Positions 47,796 to 61,960 of a DNA stretch of 64,000 bases are shown piece by piece (the first letter of the stretch is position 1; every line of letters begins with the position of its first letter). This stretch comes from Alphaproteobacteria bacterium. GTDB lineage: Bacteria > Pseudomonadota > Alphaproteobacteria > GCA-2731375. The notes beneath the pieces are model-generated. The model did no database searches and was not told the origin of the DNA. It saw only the letters and a list, made by a program, of their open reading frames with translations. The stretch is from contig CBDDPY010000002.1 in the NCBI GenBank assembly GCA_965232515.1, positions 4,320,001 through 4,384,000 of the forward strand, written 5' to 3'. The position numbers and the translations under genes are program-made.

Positions 47796-48350
47796 ATGCG
47801 AAAGCTATTACGGACAAGCGGCGTTGTGGCCAGTGCGGCCGCGGTGTTTGTGCTGGTGGGCTGCGAGAACGTGCCGGTGGAGCACGGCAACTATCCGCGC
47901 AAGGAATACGGCCGTCCGGTGAGCGATCCGTCGCAGCCGCGCGAAACCGTGTTCGGCCCCGGCGGCATCAACTTCATCGGCGGCAACGAAGGCCAGGAAG
48001 GCGCCACGACGGGCACCGGTGGCGGCATCGGCGTCAACAGCTTCTTGTGGCGCGCGTCGCTGGATACGCTGGCCTTCATGCCGTTGGCATCGGCCGATCC
48101 GTTCGGCGGCGTGATCATCACCGACTGGTACAGCCCGCCGGAAACGCCGAGCGAGCGGTTCAAAATGAACATCTACATCCTCGATACCCGACTCCGGGCC
48201 GACGGCCTGAAGGTCGCGGTGTTCCGGCAGGAACGCGGCGGCGCCGAGCAGTGGGCGGACGCCGCGGTCACGCCCGAAACCGCAGTCCAGCTCGAGAACG
48301 CCATCCTTACGCGGGCGCGGCAACTCCGGATCGACGCCTTCGCGCAATAG
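47796..48350 (+). CDS. DUF3576 family lipoprotein
   Basis: Lipobox LVGC; GVNSFLWRASLDTLAFMPLASADPFGGVIITDWY; start uncertain. Confidence 0.88.
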   Translation: MRKLLRTSGVVASAAAVFVLVGCENVPVEHGNYPRKEYGRPVSDPSQPRETVFGPGGINFIGGNEGQEGATTGTGGGIGVNSFLWRASLDTLAFMPLASADPFGGVIITDWYSPPETPSERFKMNIYILDTRLRADGLKVAVFRQERGGAEQWADAAVTPETAVQLENAILTRARQLRIDAFAQ

Positions 48351-48452
48351 ATCCGGTTTCCGCCGCGACGGCCGCGCGCGACCGCGACGCGCGGCCCGCG
48401 ATCAATGACAACCAACAACGGTCGATGGCCGATCAATCGAGGACGAAGCGCC

Positions 48453-51006
<2,554 letters not shown>

Positions 51007-51014
<8 letters not shown>

Positions 51015-51534
51015 CCGGCGGAAATTCGGCCGGCTCGGCGTTTCACTGCTGCTGGGGCTGGCCGTCGCGGGTTGCGGCTTTCAACCTGTTTACAAAGGCG
51101 GCGCCCGCGGCGGCACCGTACCGCAGATGGCGGCGATTTCCGTCGCGCCCATCGACGACCGGCTGGGCCAGGTGGTCCGCAATCATCTGCTGGATCTACT
51201 GACGCCAAGGGGTGCGCCGGCGCGGCCGCTCTACCGGCTGGAGGTCGAACTGCGGGAGACCAAGGACGGCCTCGCACTGGAGCAGGACGAGAGCGTGACG
51301 CGGTTCAATCTCACCCTGCACGCCACCTTCGAGATGAACGACCTGCGCACGGATCAGACGATTCTGGAGGGCAAGACCCGCGCCATTGCGGCCTATAACG
51401 TGGTGCGGTCAGATTACGCCAACCTGATCGCCGAGCGTGATGCTCGGTCACGCTCGTCACAAGAGGTTGCGCAGGAAATTAAAACACGCATAGCGGTATA
51501 TTTTCGACGTCAACGACAGGTATCATTGCATTAA
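51007..51534 (+). CDS. lptE: LPS assembly lipoprotein LptE
   Basis: Lipobox [10 protein letters not shown]; canonical position between leuS and holA. Confidence 0.88.
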
Positions 51535-51564
51535 ATCAATCTTTGATTGAGAATTTTTTGATTA

Positions 51565-52596
51565 ATGCAATTAAAAAAGTATGAAATCGACAGATTCCTT
51601 GCCGACCCGCCGGCGGCGGTGAAGGCCGCGCTGATCTACGGCCCAGACAGCGGGCTGGTCCGCGAGCGGGCGCTGGCACTGCTGAAGACCATCGTCGGCG
51701 ACGTCGACGACCCCTTTCGGGTCGCCCAGGTCAGCCCGGCCAACTTGAAGGACGCGCCGTCGCTGCTGGCCGACGAGATTGCTGCCCTGTCCTTCACCGG
51801 CGGCCGGCGCGTGGTCTGGTTGCGCGCCGCCGGCAACGCCGAGACCGGTGCGGTCTCGCCCCTGCTGGATTCCGACGCTCCCGGCGATGGCTTCCTGCTG
51901 GTCCAGGCCGGTGCGCTGTCACGACGCGACCGGCTGACCAAGCTGTTCGAGGGATCAGACACAGCGGTCGCCATCCCGTGCTATCCCGACGAGGGCGCCG
52001 ATCTGGCCGAATTCGCCGCCCAAGCCCTCCAGCAGCACGGGCTTCGCATCCGGCCGGACGCGCTGGCCTATCTCGCCGACCGGCTGGGCGAGAACCGGCA
52101 GAACAATCGCAATGAACTGGAGAAGCTGTCTCTATATATGGGCAAGGATGGCGGCGAGATCGCGCTCGAAGATGTCGTCGCCTGCGTCGGCGATGCCGCG
52201 CCGTCGGCGTTGGATGACGTCACATTCGCGGCGACCGGCGGCGACCAGCGTGGTTTGGACCGCGCCTTATGGAGGTGCTTCGAGACCGGCACGAACGAGG
52301 TCGTCGTCCTGCGCGCCATCGGCCGGCATCTGCAGCGGCTGCATCTGAGCGCCAGCAAGATCGATCGGGGCATGTCGGCGGATCAGGCGATGAAGGCCCT
52401 GCGGCCGCCGGTGTTCTATAAGCACGCGGCCGCGTTTCGGGGGCAGTTGCAGCACTGGTCGCCAAACCGGCTGGGCCAGGCGATCGCCATCGTCACGCAG
52501 GCCGAACTCGACTGCAAATCGACCGGCATGCCGGCACGGTTGATCTGCAGCCGCGCGCTGATGCGGATCGCTCAGGCCGCCCGCGCCCGAAACTGA
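51565..52596 (+). CDS. holA: DNA polymerase III subunit delta
   Basis: LIYGPDSGLVRER, ELEKLSLY, PPVFYK; synteny with leuS-lptE. Confidence 0.93.
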   Translation: MQLKKYEIDRFLADPPAAVKAALIYGPDSGLVRERALALLKTIVGDVDDPFRVAQVSPANLKDAPSLLADEIAALSFTGGRRVVWLRAAGNAETGAVSPLLDSDAPGDGFLLVQAGALSRRDRLTKLFEGSDTAVAIPCYPDEGADLAEFAAQALQQHGLRIRPDALAYLADRLGENRQNNRNELEKLSLYMGKDGGEIALEDVVACVGDAAPSALDDVTFAATGGDQRGLDRALWRCFETGTNEVVVLRAIGRHLQRLHLSASKIDRGMSADQAMKALRPPVFYKHAAAFRGQLQHWSPNRLGQAIAIVTQAELDCKSTGMPARLICSRALMRIAQAARARN

Positions 52597-52699
52597 CGTC
52601 ATCCAGAAGCGCTACGACCGCCTCACTTTCCAACATTCCAATTGCATGAAGCGCGATCCGGTGACGTTTCGGATGCCTTCGTCGATAGCAACAATTCCC

Positions 52700-52786
52700 C
52701 GTCATCCTGGCGAAGGCCGGGATCCGTGTTTGTTGTTTTTCAATGCGATGCGACGCCGATGGATGCTGGCCTTCGCCAGGATGACG
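52700..52786. repeat. Inverted REP doublet (GTCATCCYGGCGAAGGCCGGGATCC-type)
   Basis: cgtcatcctggcgaaggccgggatcc ... ggatgctggccttcgccaggatgacg between convergent holA and parB. Confidence 0.85.
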
Positions 52787-52806
52787 TCAGTGCCGGACGT
52801 CTCCGC

Positions 52807-53700
52807 TCATTCCTGTCCGCTGTTATGGATCAGGCGGCGGCAAATTTCGTCGAGCTGTTCGAGCGTCCCGTAGGTGATGCGCACCTCACCGCCCTCGTCG
52901 GCGCGATGGTTGACGCTGACCTTCAGGCCGAGCGCGTTTGTCAGGTCGCGCTCGAGCGCCAAGGTGTCGGCGTCCTTCTCGACCGCCGCTGGCTGGCTCG
53001 CGCGTTTGGCCTTGCCGTCGCCCTGCTTGCCGAGGCGTTCGGCCTGACGCACGCTCAACTGCTGCGAGACGATCCGATTGGCGAGCGCCGTCGGATCCTC
53101 GGCTCCGATCAGGGTGCGGGCATGGCCTGCGGTCAGCCGACCGTCCTGCAGCATATCCTTGACCGCATCCGGCAGGGTCAGGAGGCGCAGGCTGTTGGCG
53201 ATGTGGCTGCGGCTCTTGCCGACGATGCGCGCGAGCTGTTCCTGAGTATGGGCGAAATCGGCGATCAGCTTCTGATAGGCCATGGCCTCTTCAAGCGCCG
53301 TCAGATCTTCGCGCTGAACGTTCTCGAGGATCGCCAGCTCGAGCGCTTCGGCGTCGGACACGTCTTTGACGGTGACCGGCACCTCATGCAGCTTGGCCTG
53401 CTGGGCCGCCCGCCAGCGGCGCTCGCCGGCGATAATCTGATATTTCTCGCCGTCGTCCGGCGCGCGGCGCACCAGGATCGGCTGCAGTACGCCGTTCTCC
53501 TCGATCGACTGCACCAGGCCGTTCAGCTCTTCCTCATCGAAGCGCCGGCGCGGCTGATACGGATTCGGCTCCAGCTGCTCGATCGGCACGTCCCGGCCCG
53601 ACCGCATCCGGTCGATGGTGGCGAAGTCGTCGGCGTCCTCTTCCAACAGCGCGGAGAGACCGCGGCCAAGACCCTTGCGTTTGCCCTCGTCCGTCATCAT
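52807..53700 (-). CDS. parB: Chromosome partitioning protein ParB
   Basis: GLGRGLSALL, PNPYQPR, IIAGERRWRAA, ENVQREDL. Confidence 0.97.
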   Translation of the reverse strand: MMTDEGKRKGLGRGLSALLEEDADDFATIDRMRSGRDVPIEQLEPNPYQPRRRFDEEELNGLVQSIEENGVLQPILVRRAPDDGEKYQIIAGERRWRAAQQAKLHEVPVTVKDVSDAEALELAILENVQREDLTALEEAMAYQKLIADFAHTQEQLARIVGKSRSHIANSLRLLTLPDAVKDMLQDGRLTAGHARTLIGAEDPTALANRIVSQQLSVRQAERLGKQGDGKAKRASQPAAVEKDADTLALERDLTNALGLKVSVNHRADEGGEVRITYGTLEQLDEICRRLIHNSGQE

Positions 53701-54530
53701 GCCGCGTCCAGGGCCCGTTCACGGCGCAACATCTCGCTGGCGAGCTGCATATAAGCCTGGCTGCCGGCGCAGCGGTGATCGTAGAGCAACGCCGGCTTGC
53801 CGTGCGATGGCGCTTCCGAGATGCGGACGTTGCGCGGGATCACCGTCTTGTAGACTTTGTCGCCGAGATAGCCGCGCACATCGGCAGCGACCTGGTCCGA
53901 CAGATTGTTGCGCCGGTCGAACATGGTCAGAACCACGCCCTCGATGGACAGATCCTCGTTGTAGGCGCGGCGCACCCGTTCGATGGTTTTGATCAGCATG
54001 CTGAGGCCCTCCAATGCGAAGAATTCACATTGCAGGGGCACGATTACCGCCTTGGCGGCTACCAGAGCGTTAATGGTGAGCAGATTCAGCGACGGCGGAC
54101 AGTCGATCAGCATGACGTCATAGTCACCGCAGCCGGCTTCGAGCGCGTCGCGCAGCCGGTAGCTGCGGCGCGGCATGTCGATCAGCTCGATCTCGGCGCC
54201 GGACAGATCGACCGTCGACGGCACGATATGCAGCCCCGGGATCATGCTGGGGATCGCCGCGTCGACCAGCCGCGTGTCGCCCAACAGCACGTCGTAGACG
54301 CTGCGCCGCCGTGCCGACCGGTCGATGCCGAGTCCCGTGCTGGCGTTGCCCTGGGGATCGAGATCGAGCAGCAGAACGCGGCGGCCGACCGCGGCCAGAC
54401 CGGTCCCGAGATTGATCGTCGTCGTGGTTTTGCCGACACCGCCCTTCTGATTGGTCACGGCGATGATGCGGCAGCTTGTCGTCGCGGCCTCCCTGCGGTC
54501 GTCGACGACCGCGGCTTCAGCTTCAGGCAC
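53697..54530 (-). CDS. parA: Chromosome partitioning ATPase ParA
   Basis: NQKGGVGKTTT, DLDPQGNAS, DCPPSL, IPRNVRISEAPSHG. Confidence 0.97.
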   Translation of the reverse strand: MPEAEAAVVDDRREAATTSCRIIAVTNQKGGVGKTTTTINLGTGLAAVGRRVLLLDLDPQGNASTGLGIDRSARRRSVYDVLLGDTRLVDAAIPSMIPGLHIVPSTVDLSGAEIELIDMPRRSYRLRDALEAGCGDYDVMLIDCPPSLNLLTINALVAAKAVIVPLQCEFFALEGLSMLIKTIERVRRAYNEDLSIEGVVLTMFDRRNNLSDQVAADVRGYLGDKVYKTVIPRNVRISEAPSHGKPALLYDHRCAGSQAYMQLASEMLRRERALDAA

Positions 54531-55176
54531 GCGATACCTCCGTTAGTCGCAACAAAACACCCGAGGAATCCGTCAGGCTGGGCTGGCGCTCGGCGCGCAT
54601 ATTCCAATATTTTGCGGCTTCGGTCAATTCTAACTCCATATCTTGTCCCTTCGGGAACAAAGCCACGGAGTCCGAATTCAGGAACGGGGCCGCCAATTCC
54701 AACAATTTCGGCAGCGGCGCCAGCGCCCGCGCGGTGACGACGGCGGCCGGAAACGGAGCCACGTTTTCGATCCGCGCGGTATGCAACGTGACATTCGTCG
54801 TGGTGATTCGCGCCGCCTCGCGCAGAAAGGCCGCCTTCCGGGTATCGCTTTCCACCAGGTGCATGTCTCGCGCACCCATGATCGCCAGGACCAAACCGGG
54901 GAACCCGGCGCCGCTGCCAAGATCGAGCCACGGTCCGGTGTCAGCCGGTGCCAGCGGCAACAGCTGGGCGGAATCGTACATATGCCGGCGCCACAGGTCC
55001 GGCAACGTCGTCCGGCTTACCAGGTTGATCGCCCGCTGCCACTTCCGTAGCAGATCGGCGTAGGCCGCCAGGCGGTCCAGTGTTTCACGTGAAACACCCG
55101 TCGCGTCCTGGAAAGCCTGGGCGTCGAACGTCGACAATCGATCAGGCGACGCGGCGCCGGTCCGCACGGCGGACAT
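54523..55176 (-). CDS. rsmG: 16S rRNA m7G527 methyltransferase
   Basis: [26 protein letters not shown]; start uncertain (overlaps the mnmG end). Confidence 0.95.
   Translation of the reverse strand: MSAVRTGAASPDRLSTFDAQAFQDATGVSRETLDRLAAYADLLRKWQRAINLVSRTTLPDLWRRHMYDSAQLLPLAPADTGPWLDLGSGAGFPGLVLAIMGARDMHLVESDTRKAAFLREAARITTTNVTLHTARIENVAPFPAAVVTARALAPLPKLLELAAPFLNSDSVALFPKGQDMELELTEAAKYWNMRAERQPSLTDSSGVLLRLTEVSRA
55081..55096. promoter_or_regulatory. parS site within rsmG
   Basis: TGTTTCACGTGAAACA, exact consensus. Confidence 0.95.
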
Positions 55177-57007
55177 GGCCGAGCAGCGCGGTCAGCGCGG
55201 CCGCCGTCACGCCGGGAATGCGGGCCGCCGCCCCCAACGTTGCCGGCCCGTGCCGGCGGAGCTTCTCGCGCACCTCGTTCGACAGCGAACCGACCGCGTC
55301 GTAGTCGATGTCGGCCGGAATGGCCAACGCCTCGTCCTTGCGGAACGCGGCGATGTCGGCCGCCTGACGATCAAGGTAGGCATGATAGCGGGCATCGATT
55401 TCGAGCTGTTCGGCGACATCCGCCCGGACCGCGCCCAGCTCCGGCCAGATCGCCGTCAGCCGCGCGACCGAGACGTCCTCATAGGCCAGCAGCTCGCGCG
55501 CCGTGCGCCGGCGGCCATCGAGATTAACCATAATTTCATGGCGGCGGGCCTGATTTGGCGTCAGCTTTCGGTCCGTCAGGATTTCCCGCGCCGCGTCCAG
55601 CCGCGCCATCTTGTCGACGAAATGCGCGGCGCGCCGTTGCCCGATGGCGCCGATCGACAAGCCTTTCGGGGTTAGCCGCTGGTCGGCATTGTCGGCTCGC
55701 AGCAGCAACCGGTACTCCGCCCGCGAGGTGAACATGCGGTACGGCTCGGTGGTGCCGCGGGTGACCAGGTCGTCGATCATCACGCCGATATAGGCATCGG
55801 CCCGGTCGAGGACGAGCGGAGCGGCATCGCCGGCGGCCAGCGCCGCGTTCAGACCGGCCATCAAGCCCTGGGCCGCCGCCTCCTCGTAGCCGGTGGTGCC
55901 GTTGATCTGGCCGGCAAGATAAAGCCCGGCGACGCGGCGGGTCTCGAGGCTGGGCCAGAGCTCGCGCGAGTCGACGCAATCGTATTCGATAGCGTAGCCC
56001 GGCCGGCGCATGACCGCCCGCTCCAGGCCGGGGATCGCCTTCAGCATTTCGAGCTGCACCTCGCGCGGCAGCGAGGTGGAAATGCCGTTGGGATAGATGG
56101 TGTCGTCGTCCAGGCCCTCGGGCTCGAGAAAGATCTGATGCCGGTCGCGCTCGCCGAAGCGGACGACCTTGTCCTCGATCGACGGACAGTAGCGCGGACC
56201 GGTGCTGTCGATCTGACCGGAATAGATCGGCGCGCGATGCAGGTTGGCCCGGATCAGATCGTGCGCGGCTGGCGTGGTCGTGGTGATATGGCAGAACACC
56301 TGTGGCGTGGCGATGCGTTCGGTCATGAACGAGAACGGCACGGGATTGACGTCACCCGGCTGCAGGTCCAGGCCGGCCCAATCGATGGTCCGCCCGTCGA
56401 GCCGCGGCGGCGTGCCGGTCTTCAGCCGGCCCATTTCGAAATCCAGACCGTAGAGCGTGTCCGACAGGCCGATCGCCGGCGCGTCGCCGACCCGGCCGGC
56501 CGGCCGCTGTTCCTCGCCGATATGGATCAGGCCGCGCAGAAAGGTGCCGGTGGTGAGCACCACCGCGCCGGCGGAAATCACGTCACCATCGGCGGTGACC
56601 ACGCCCGTGACGCGGCCGTCGGTCAGCCGAAGATCCTCGACGGCGGCGGCGCGCACCTCGAGGTTGGGCGTATTCAGCATCTCCCGCTGCATGGCCTGTC
56701 GGTAAAGCTTGCGGTCGGCCTGGGCGCGAGGGCCGCGCACCGCCGGGCCCTTACTGCGGTTCAAGAGACGAAACTGGATACCGGCGGCGTCCGCGACCCG
56801 GCCCATGACGCCATCGAGCGCATCGATCTCGCGGACCAGATGCCCCTTGCCGAGCCCGCCGATGGCAGGATTGCAGGACATCTCGCCAATGGTCTCGATC
56901 TTGTGGGTCAGCAACAGCGTGCGCGCGCCCACACGCGCCGCCGCCGCCGCCGCCTCGCAGCCGGCGTGCCCGCCCCCAATGACAATGACATCGTACCTAG
57001 CCCGCAT
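55142..57007 (-). CDS. mnmG: tRNA uridine-5-carboxymethylaminomethyl synthesis enzyme MnmG (GidA)
   Basis: [53 protein letters not shown]; the current ATG lies inside the MITE terminal repeat. Confidence 0.97.
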   Translation of the reverse strand: MRARYDVIVIGGGHAGCEAAAAAARVGARTLLLTHKIETIGEMSCNPAIGGLGKGHLVREIDALDGVMGRVADAAGIQFRLLNRSKGPAVRGPRAQADRKLYRQAMQREMLNTPNLEVRAAAVEDLRLTDGRVTGVVTADGDVISAGAVVLTTGTFLRGLIHIGEEQRPAGRVGDAPAIGLSDTLYGLDFEMGRLKTGTPPRLDGRTIDWAGLDLQPGDVNPVPFSFMTERIATPQVFCHITTTTPAAHDLIRANLHRAPIYSGQIDSTGPRYCPSIEDKVVRFGERDRHQIFLEPEGLDDDTIYPNGISTSLPREVQLEMLKAIPGLERAVMRRPGYAIEYDCVDSRELWPSLETRRVAGLYLAGQINGTTGYEEAAAQGLMAGLNAALAAGDAAPLVLDRADAYIGVMIDDLVTRGTTEPYRMFTSRAEYRLLLRADNADQRLTPKGLSIGAIGQRRAAHFVDKMARLDAAREILTDRKLTPNQARRHEIMVNLDGRRRTARELLAYEDVSVARLTAIWPELGAVRADVAEQLEIDARYHAYLDRQAADIAAFRKDEALAIPADIDYDAVGSLSNEVREKLRRHGPATLGAAARIPGVTAAALTALLGHVRRADRRRVA

Positions 57008-57263
57008 TTCTCACCCCCATCACGGTCTGCGTCGTGCACAGGCGTTCGACCTGCCAGGAGCGGGCCGAAAAGCGTAGCGGGGACTACGGTTGAGGCCTGC
57101 GACGCCGCGGGCGGGCGCCTGCGCGCGACCCTTCGGGCGGCGCCGTGCTGCCGACAGGGGGCGTCGCGCCGCTTGCCCGATGCCCCACATCGCGCCGCGC
57201 AGCGCTCCTGCCCTGTCGGCAGCACAGCGCCGCGCAGACCATGATGGGGGTGAGAAATGGGGG
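57001..57263. mobile_element. 263-bp MITE-like element with ~30-bp terminal inverted repeats and CTAG/CTCG flanks
   Basis: cccgcatttctcacccccatcacggtctgcg (57001-57031) versus cgcagaccatgatgggggtgagaaatggggg (57233-57263); internal stems 57031-57044/57116-57129 and 57139-57159/57211-57231. Confidence 0.85.
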
Positions 57264-57271
57264 CTCGCCAT
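57020..57271 (-). other. 83-codon upstream ORF running from the inferred ancestral mnmG start through the MITE
   Basis: ATG 57271, in frame with mnmG; TGA at 57022-57020, 12 nt before ATG 57007. Confidence 0.6.
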
Positions 57272-57278
57272 GGCGCGG

Positions 57279-57307
57279 AATTTAGGGTCCCAGATGGTGC
57301 CTGTCAA
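57279..57307 (-). promoter_or_regulatory. Sigma-70 promoter of mnmG-rsmG-parA-parB with leaderless geometry
   Basis: TTGACA-N17-TAAATT, then 7 nt to ATG 57271. Confidence 0.8.
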
Positions 57308-57322
57308 AGCCGACCGCAAGCG

Positions 57323-57338
57323 TGTTTCACGTGAAACA
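57323..57338. promoter_or_regulatory. parS site between mnmE and mnmG
   Basis: TGTTTCACGTGAAACA, exact consensus. Confidence 0.95.
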
Positions 57339-57358
57339 TCTCGTTAAGCTTCGGCCGC

Positions 57359-58693
57359 TTATTTGCCGATACAGAAGTCGGCAAAGACCACATCCAGGAT
57401 GTCTTCCACGTCGACCCGGCCGGTGATCCGGCCCAAAGACCGGGCAGCCAGACGCAGATCCTCCGCGACCAATTCGGGAGCATCTGCCCCGAGCGACCGC
57501 TCGAGCGCCGCCCGGCACTCCTCGAGCGCGGCCCGATGCCGCGCCCGGGTCAGCATCGGCGCGCCGCCGGCATCGAGTCGATCTGCGACCATGTTTCCGA
57601 GCGCCGATAGAAACGCCGTCATCCCCGACCCGGTCTTGACGGAGATCGGCAAGGCGGGATGTCCAGCCACCGCGACCGTCCCGGCGGCCGGCGCCAGGTC
57701 GACCTTGTTCAGCGCCACCAGGGAATTGGCATCGATCAATTCCGCGATCTCAGTTCCGCCAGCATCGGCGGCCGTCGCGTCGGCCAGGACGATCTTCAGA
57801 TCCGCCTGCGCCGCCCGCGCCAACGCCCGCCGCACCCCCTCGCCTTCGATATCGTCGGCGGCCCGACGCAAACCGGCCGTATCGGCCAGCAAGACCGGGT
57901 AACCGCCGATATCGAGATACACCTCGATCACGTCGCGTGTCGTCCCGGCCGTGGTCGAGACGATGGCCGCGTCGCGCCGGGCGAGCGCATTCAGCAGGCT
58001 CGACTTGCCGGCGTTCGGCGGGCCGACGATCACCACATAAAGGCCATCGCGCAAACGCTCACCGCGATGACCGTCATCGAGATGGGTGGCGATCCGATCG
58101 CGCAGCTCGACGACACGTGGACGCACGGTCGCCGCCAGTTCGTCGGGCAGATCCTCATCGGGAAAATCGATGTCAGCTTCGGCGTGGGCTAAGAGCGAAA
58201 TCAGGTCGGCTCGCCAGGTCTCGTAGAGATTGCCCAGCGCACCCGACATCTGCCGCAACGCCTGCCGACGCTGGGCCGCCGTTTCGGCCGCCACCAGATC
58301 CGCGAGACCCTCGGCTTCGGTCAGATCCAGCCGCCCGTTCAGGAAGCCCCGCTTGGTGAATTCGCCGGGCTCGGCCGGCCGGACGCCGGGCCGGGCGATC
58401 AGCGCGTCGGCGAGCGCGGCGGTGACAGCCCGGCCACCATGGACCTGGAACTCGACAATATCCTCGCCAGTAAAGCTATTGGGCCCAGGAAACCAGATCA
58501 CCAGCCCCCGATCGATGACATCGCCGTCCGGTCCCCGCAGTGTTCGCAGCACGGCGGACCGCGGCGGAGGAACGTCAGAGCCGGTCAGATCGGCCGCTGT
58601 ATCCGCCGCGCCCGGACCGGAAACGCGGATCACGGCCACGCCCGCTTGGCCCGGCGCCGTCGCCGGCGCGAAGATTGTATCGGCGTCGGCCAT
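57359..58693 (-). CDS. mnmE: tRNA modification GTPase MnmE (TrmE)
   Basis: DTIFAPAT, SFTGED, GPPNAGKSS, GTTRD, DTAG, NKVD, C-terminal FCIGK. Confidence 0.97.
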   Translation of the reverse strand: MADADTIFAPATAPGQAGVAVIRVSGPGAADTAADLTGSDVPPPRSAVLRTLRGPDGDVIDRGLVIWFPGPNSFTGEDIVEFQVHGGRAVTAALADALIARPGVRPAEPGEFTKRGFLNGRLDLTEAEGLADLVAAETAAQRRQALRQMSGALGNLYETWRADLISLLAHAEADIDFPDEDLPDELAATVRPRVVELRDRIATHLDDGHRGERLRDGLYVVIVGPPNAGKSSLLNALARRDAAIVSTTAGTTRDVIEVYLDIGGYPVLLADTAGLRRAADDIEGEGVRRALARAAQADLKIVLADATAADAGGTEIAELIDANSLVALNKVDLAPAAGTVAVAGHPALPISVKTGSGMTAFLSALGNMVADRLDAGGAPMLTRARHRAALEECRAALERSLGADAPELVAEDLRLAARSLGRITGRVDVEDILDVVFADFCIGK

Positions 58694-58718
58694 CGGCGCG
58701 GATCGTCGACAGGCGAAT

Positions 58719-58979
58719 CTAGTCGACGGGCTTGTCGGTTTTCCCGCCCGTCCCGCCCATGGCGACGGACCAGAACATTTTCTGCATGGCGTCCAGTCCC
58801 TGCATGCCCGCCGGCAACCAGGTCCGGAACAGGGTCTCGGCATCGGCCGCGGACAACGCCTGTTCCATACGTTCCTTGATGCCGGCCATCATGGCCTCCT
58901 GCAGGGGCGTCACGTCCGGGAGACCGAGGAACGCGCGGGCCTCCTCGGGCGTGCAGTCAATATCGATCGTGATTTTCAT
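58719..58979 (-). CDS. DUF6489 family protein
   Basis: [23 protein letters not shown]. Confidence 0.8.
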   Translation of the reverse strand: MKITIDIDCTPEEARAFLGLPDVTPLQEAMMAGIKERMEQALSAADAETLFRTWLPAGMQGLDAMQKMFWSVAMGGTGGKTDKPVD

Positions 58980-59094
58980 CGTATCCGGCTCCCGTGGTAG
59001 CCTCCGCCCGGGACTGTTCCCAAGCTACGGCAGGCGTCTGGCCGGCGCAAGCCGGCCGACCGCCCGCCATCCCGCCAGCCACGCCGGAGACCGC

Positions 59095-61131
<2,037 letters not shown>

Positions 61132-61137
61132 CGTCAC

Positions 61138-61584
61138 ATGCCACAGCTCTCAATGCACAGCCCGATCGGCGATCTGACGGTATCGGAGGAAAACGGCGCC
61201 ATCGTCGCGCTCGATTGGGGCTGGGGCCGCGATCAGGAGACGACACCGTTGCTGCAACGCGCCCGCGACCAGTTGAACGCCTATTTCGATGGCGATCCGG
61301 TGGATTTCGACCTGCCGCTCAATCCGGCGGGCAGCGCATTTCAGCGCCGGGTCTGGAAGGCCATGTGCGACATTCCCGCGGGCGGCACCGAGACCTATGG
61401 CAGCTTGGCCGGCCGCATCGAGGGCATTGCCCGGGCCGTCGGCACCGCCTGCGGCAAGAATCCGATCCCGATCATCATTCCCTGCCATCGCGTGGTCGCG
61501 GCCAACAGTCTCGGCGGCTATTCCGGCGATGGCGGCCTCGATACCAAGGTGGCGCTGCTGCGGCTGGAAGGCGCGCTGTTGTGA
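61138..61584 (+). CDS. ogt: Methylated-DNA--protein-cysteine methyltransferase
   Basis: SPIGDL, FQRRVW, ARAVG, IPCHRV. Confidence 0.93.
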   Translation: MPQLSMHSPIGDLTVSEENGAIVALDWGWGRDQETTPLLQRARDQLNAYFDGDPVDFDLPLNPAGSAFQRRVWKAMCDIPAGGTETYGSLAGRIEGIARAVGTACGKNPIPIIIPCHRVVAANSLGGYSGDGGLDTKVALLRLEGALL

Positions 61585-61645
61585 CAGGCGAAATGGTCAC
61601 GTCGCAATTGTTGCGATGTCGACCCTACCTCGATTAGCTTGTCGC

Positions 61646-61945
61646 ATGATGTTGAGATGTATGATCTGCGCCCTGTCGCTGATGCTGTTCGCCACGACGG
61701 CAGCGGCGCAATCCGTCGAACCCGGACTCGCAAAATGCAAGCGGCCGGAAGCGCCGTTCGTGCCCACTGGCGGATATACCAGCGTCGAAGCCATGAAAGA
61801 CGCTACCGGCGAAGTCAGGGCGTACTTCAACGGCGTCAACGCCTACATTGTTTGCCTGCGCGATGAATACAATCGGGCGCGGGCCGAGGCGGAGCAGATC
61901 GAGGCGCAGTGGAAGGACGCGCAGGAGCGTTTCAGGTCGCGTTGA
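61646..61945 (+). CDS. Hypothetical secreted protein
   Basis: Signal peptide ending AAA-Q; two Cys; helical C-terminus; start uncertain. Confidence 0.65.
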   Translation: MMLRCMICALSLMLFATTAAAQSVEPGLAKCKRPEAPFVPTGGYTSVEAMKDATGEVRAYFNGVNAYIVCLRDEYNRARAEAEQIEAQWKDAQERFRSR

Positions 61946-61960
61946 CCGTACCGTCGATCG

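Noticed and set aside
55142-57263. mnmG as a pseudogene disrupted by the MITE
   Set aside because: The 621-codon frame is intact with all motifs, and the repeat supplies an in-frame ATG with an SD-like sequence.
57001-57263. Riboswitch, group I/II intron or tRNA-like RNA
   Set aside because: No recognisable aptamer, splice-site or cloverleaf motifs; terminal repeats plus a target-like duplication fit a MITE better. An Rfam search would settle it.
51470-57340. oriC call
   Set aside because: parS sites and an AT-rich patch indicate origin proximity, but I saw no cluster of DnaA boxes, and hemE and rho are not in the window.
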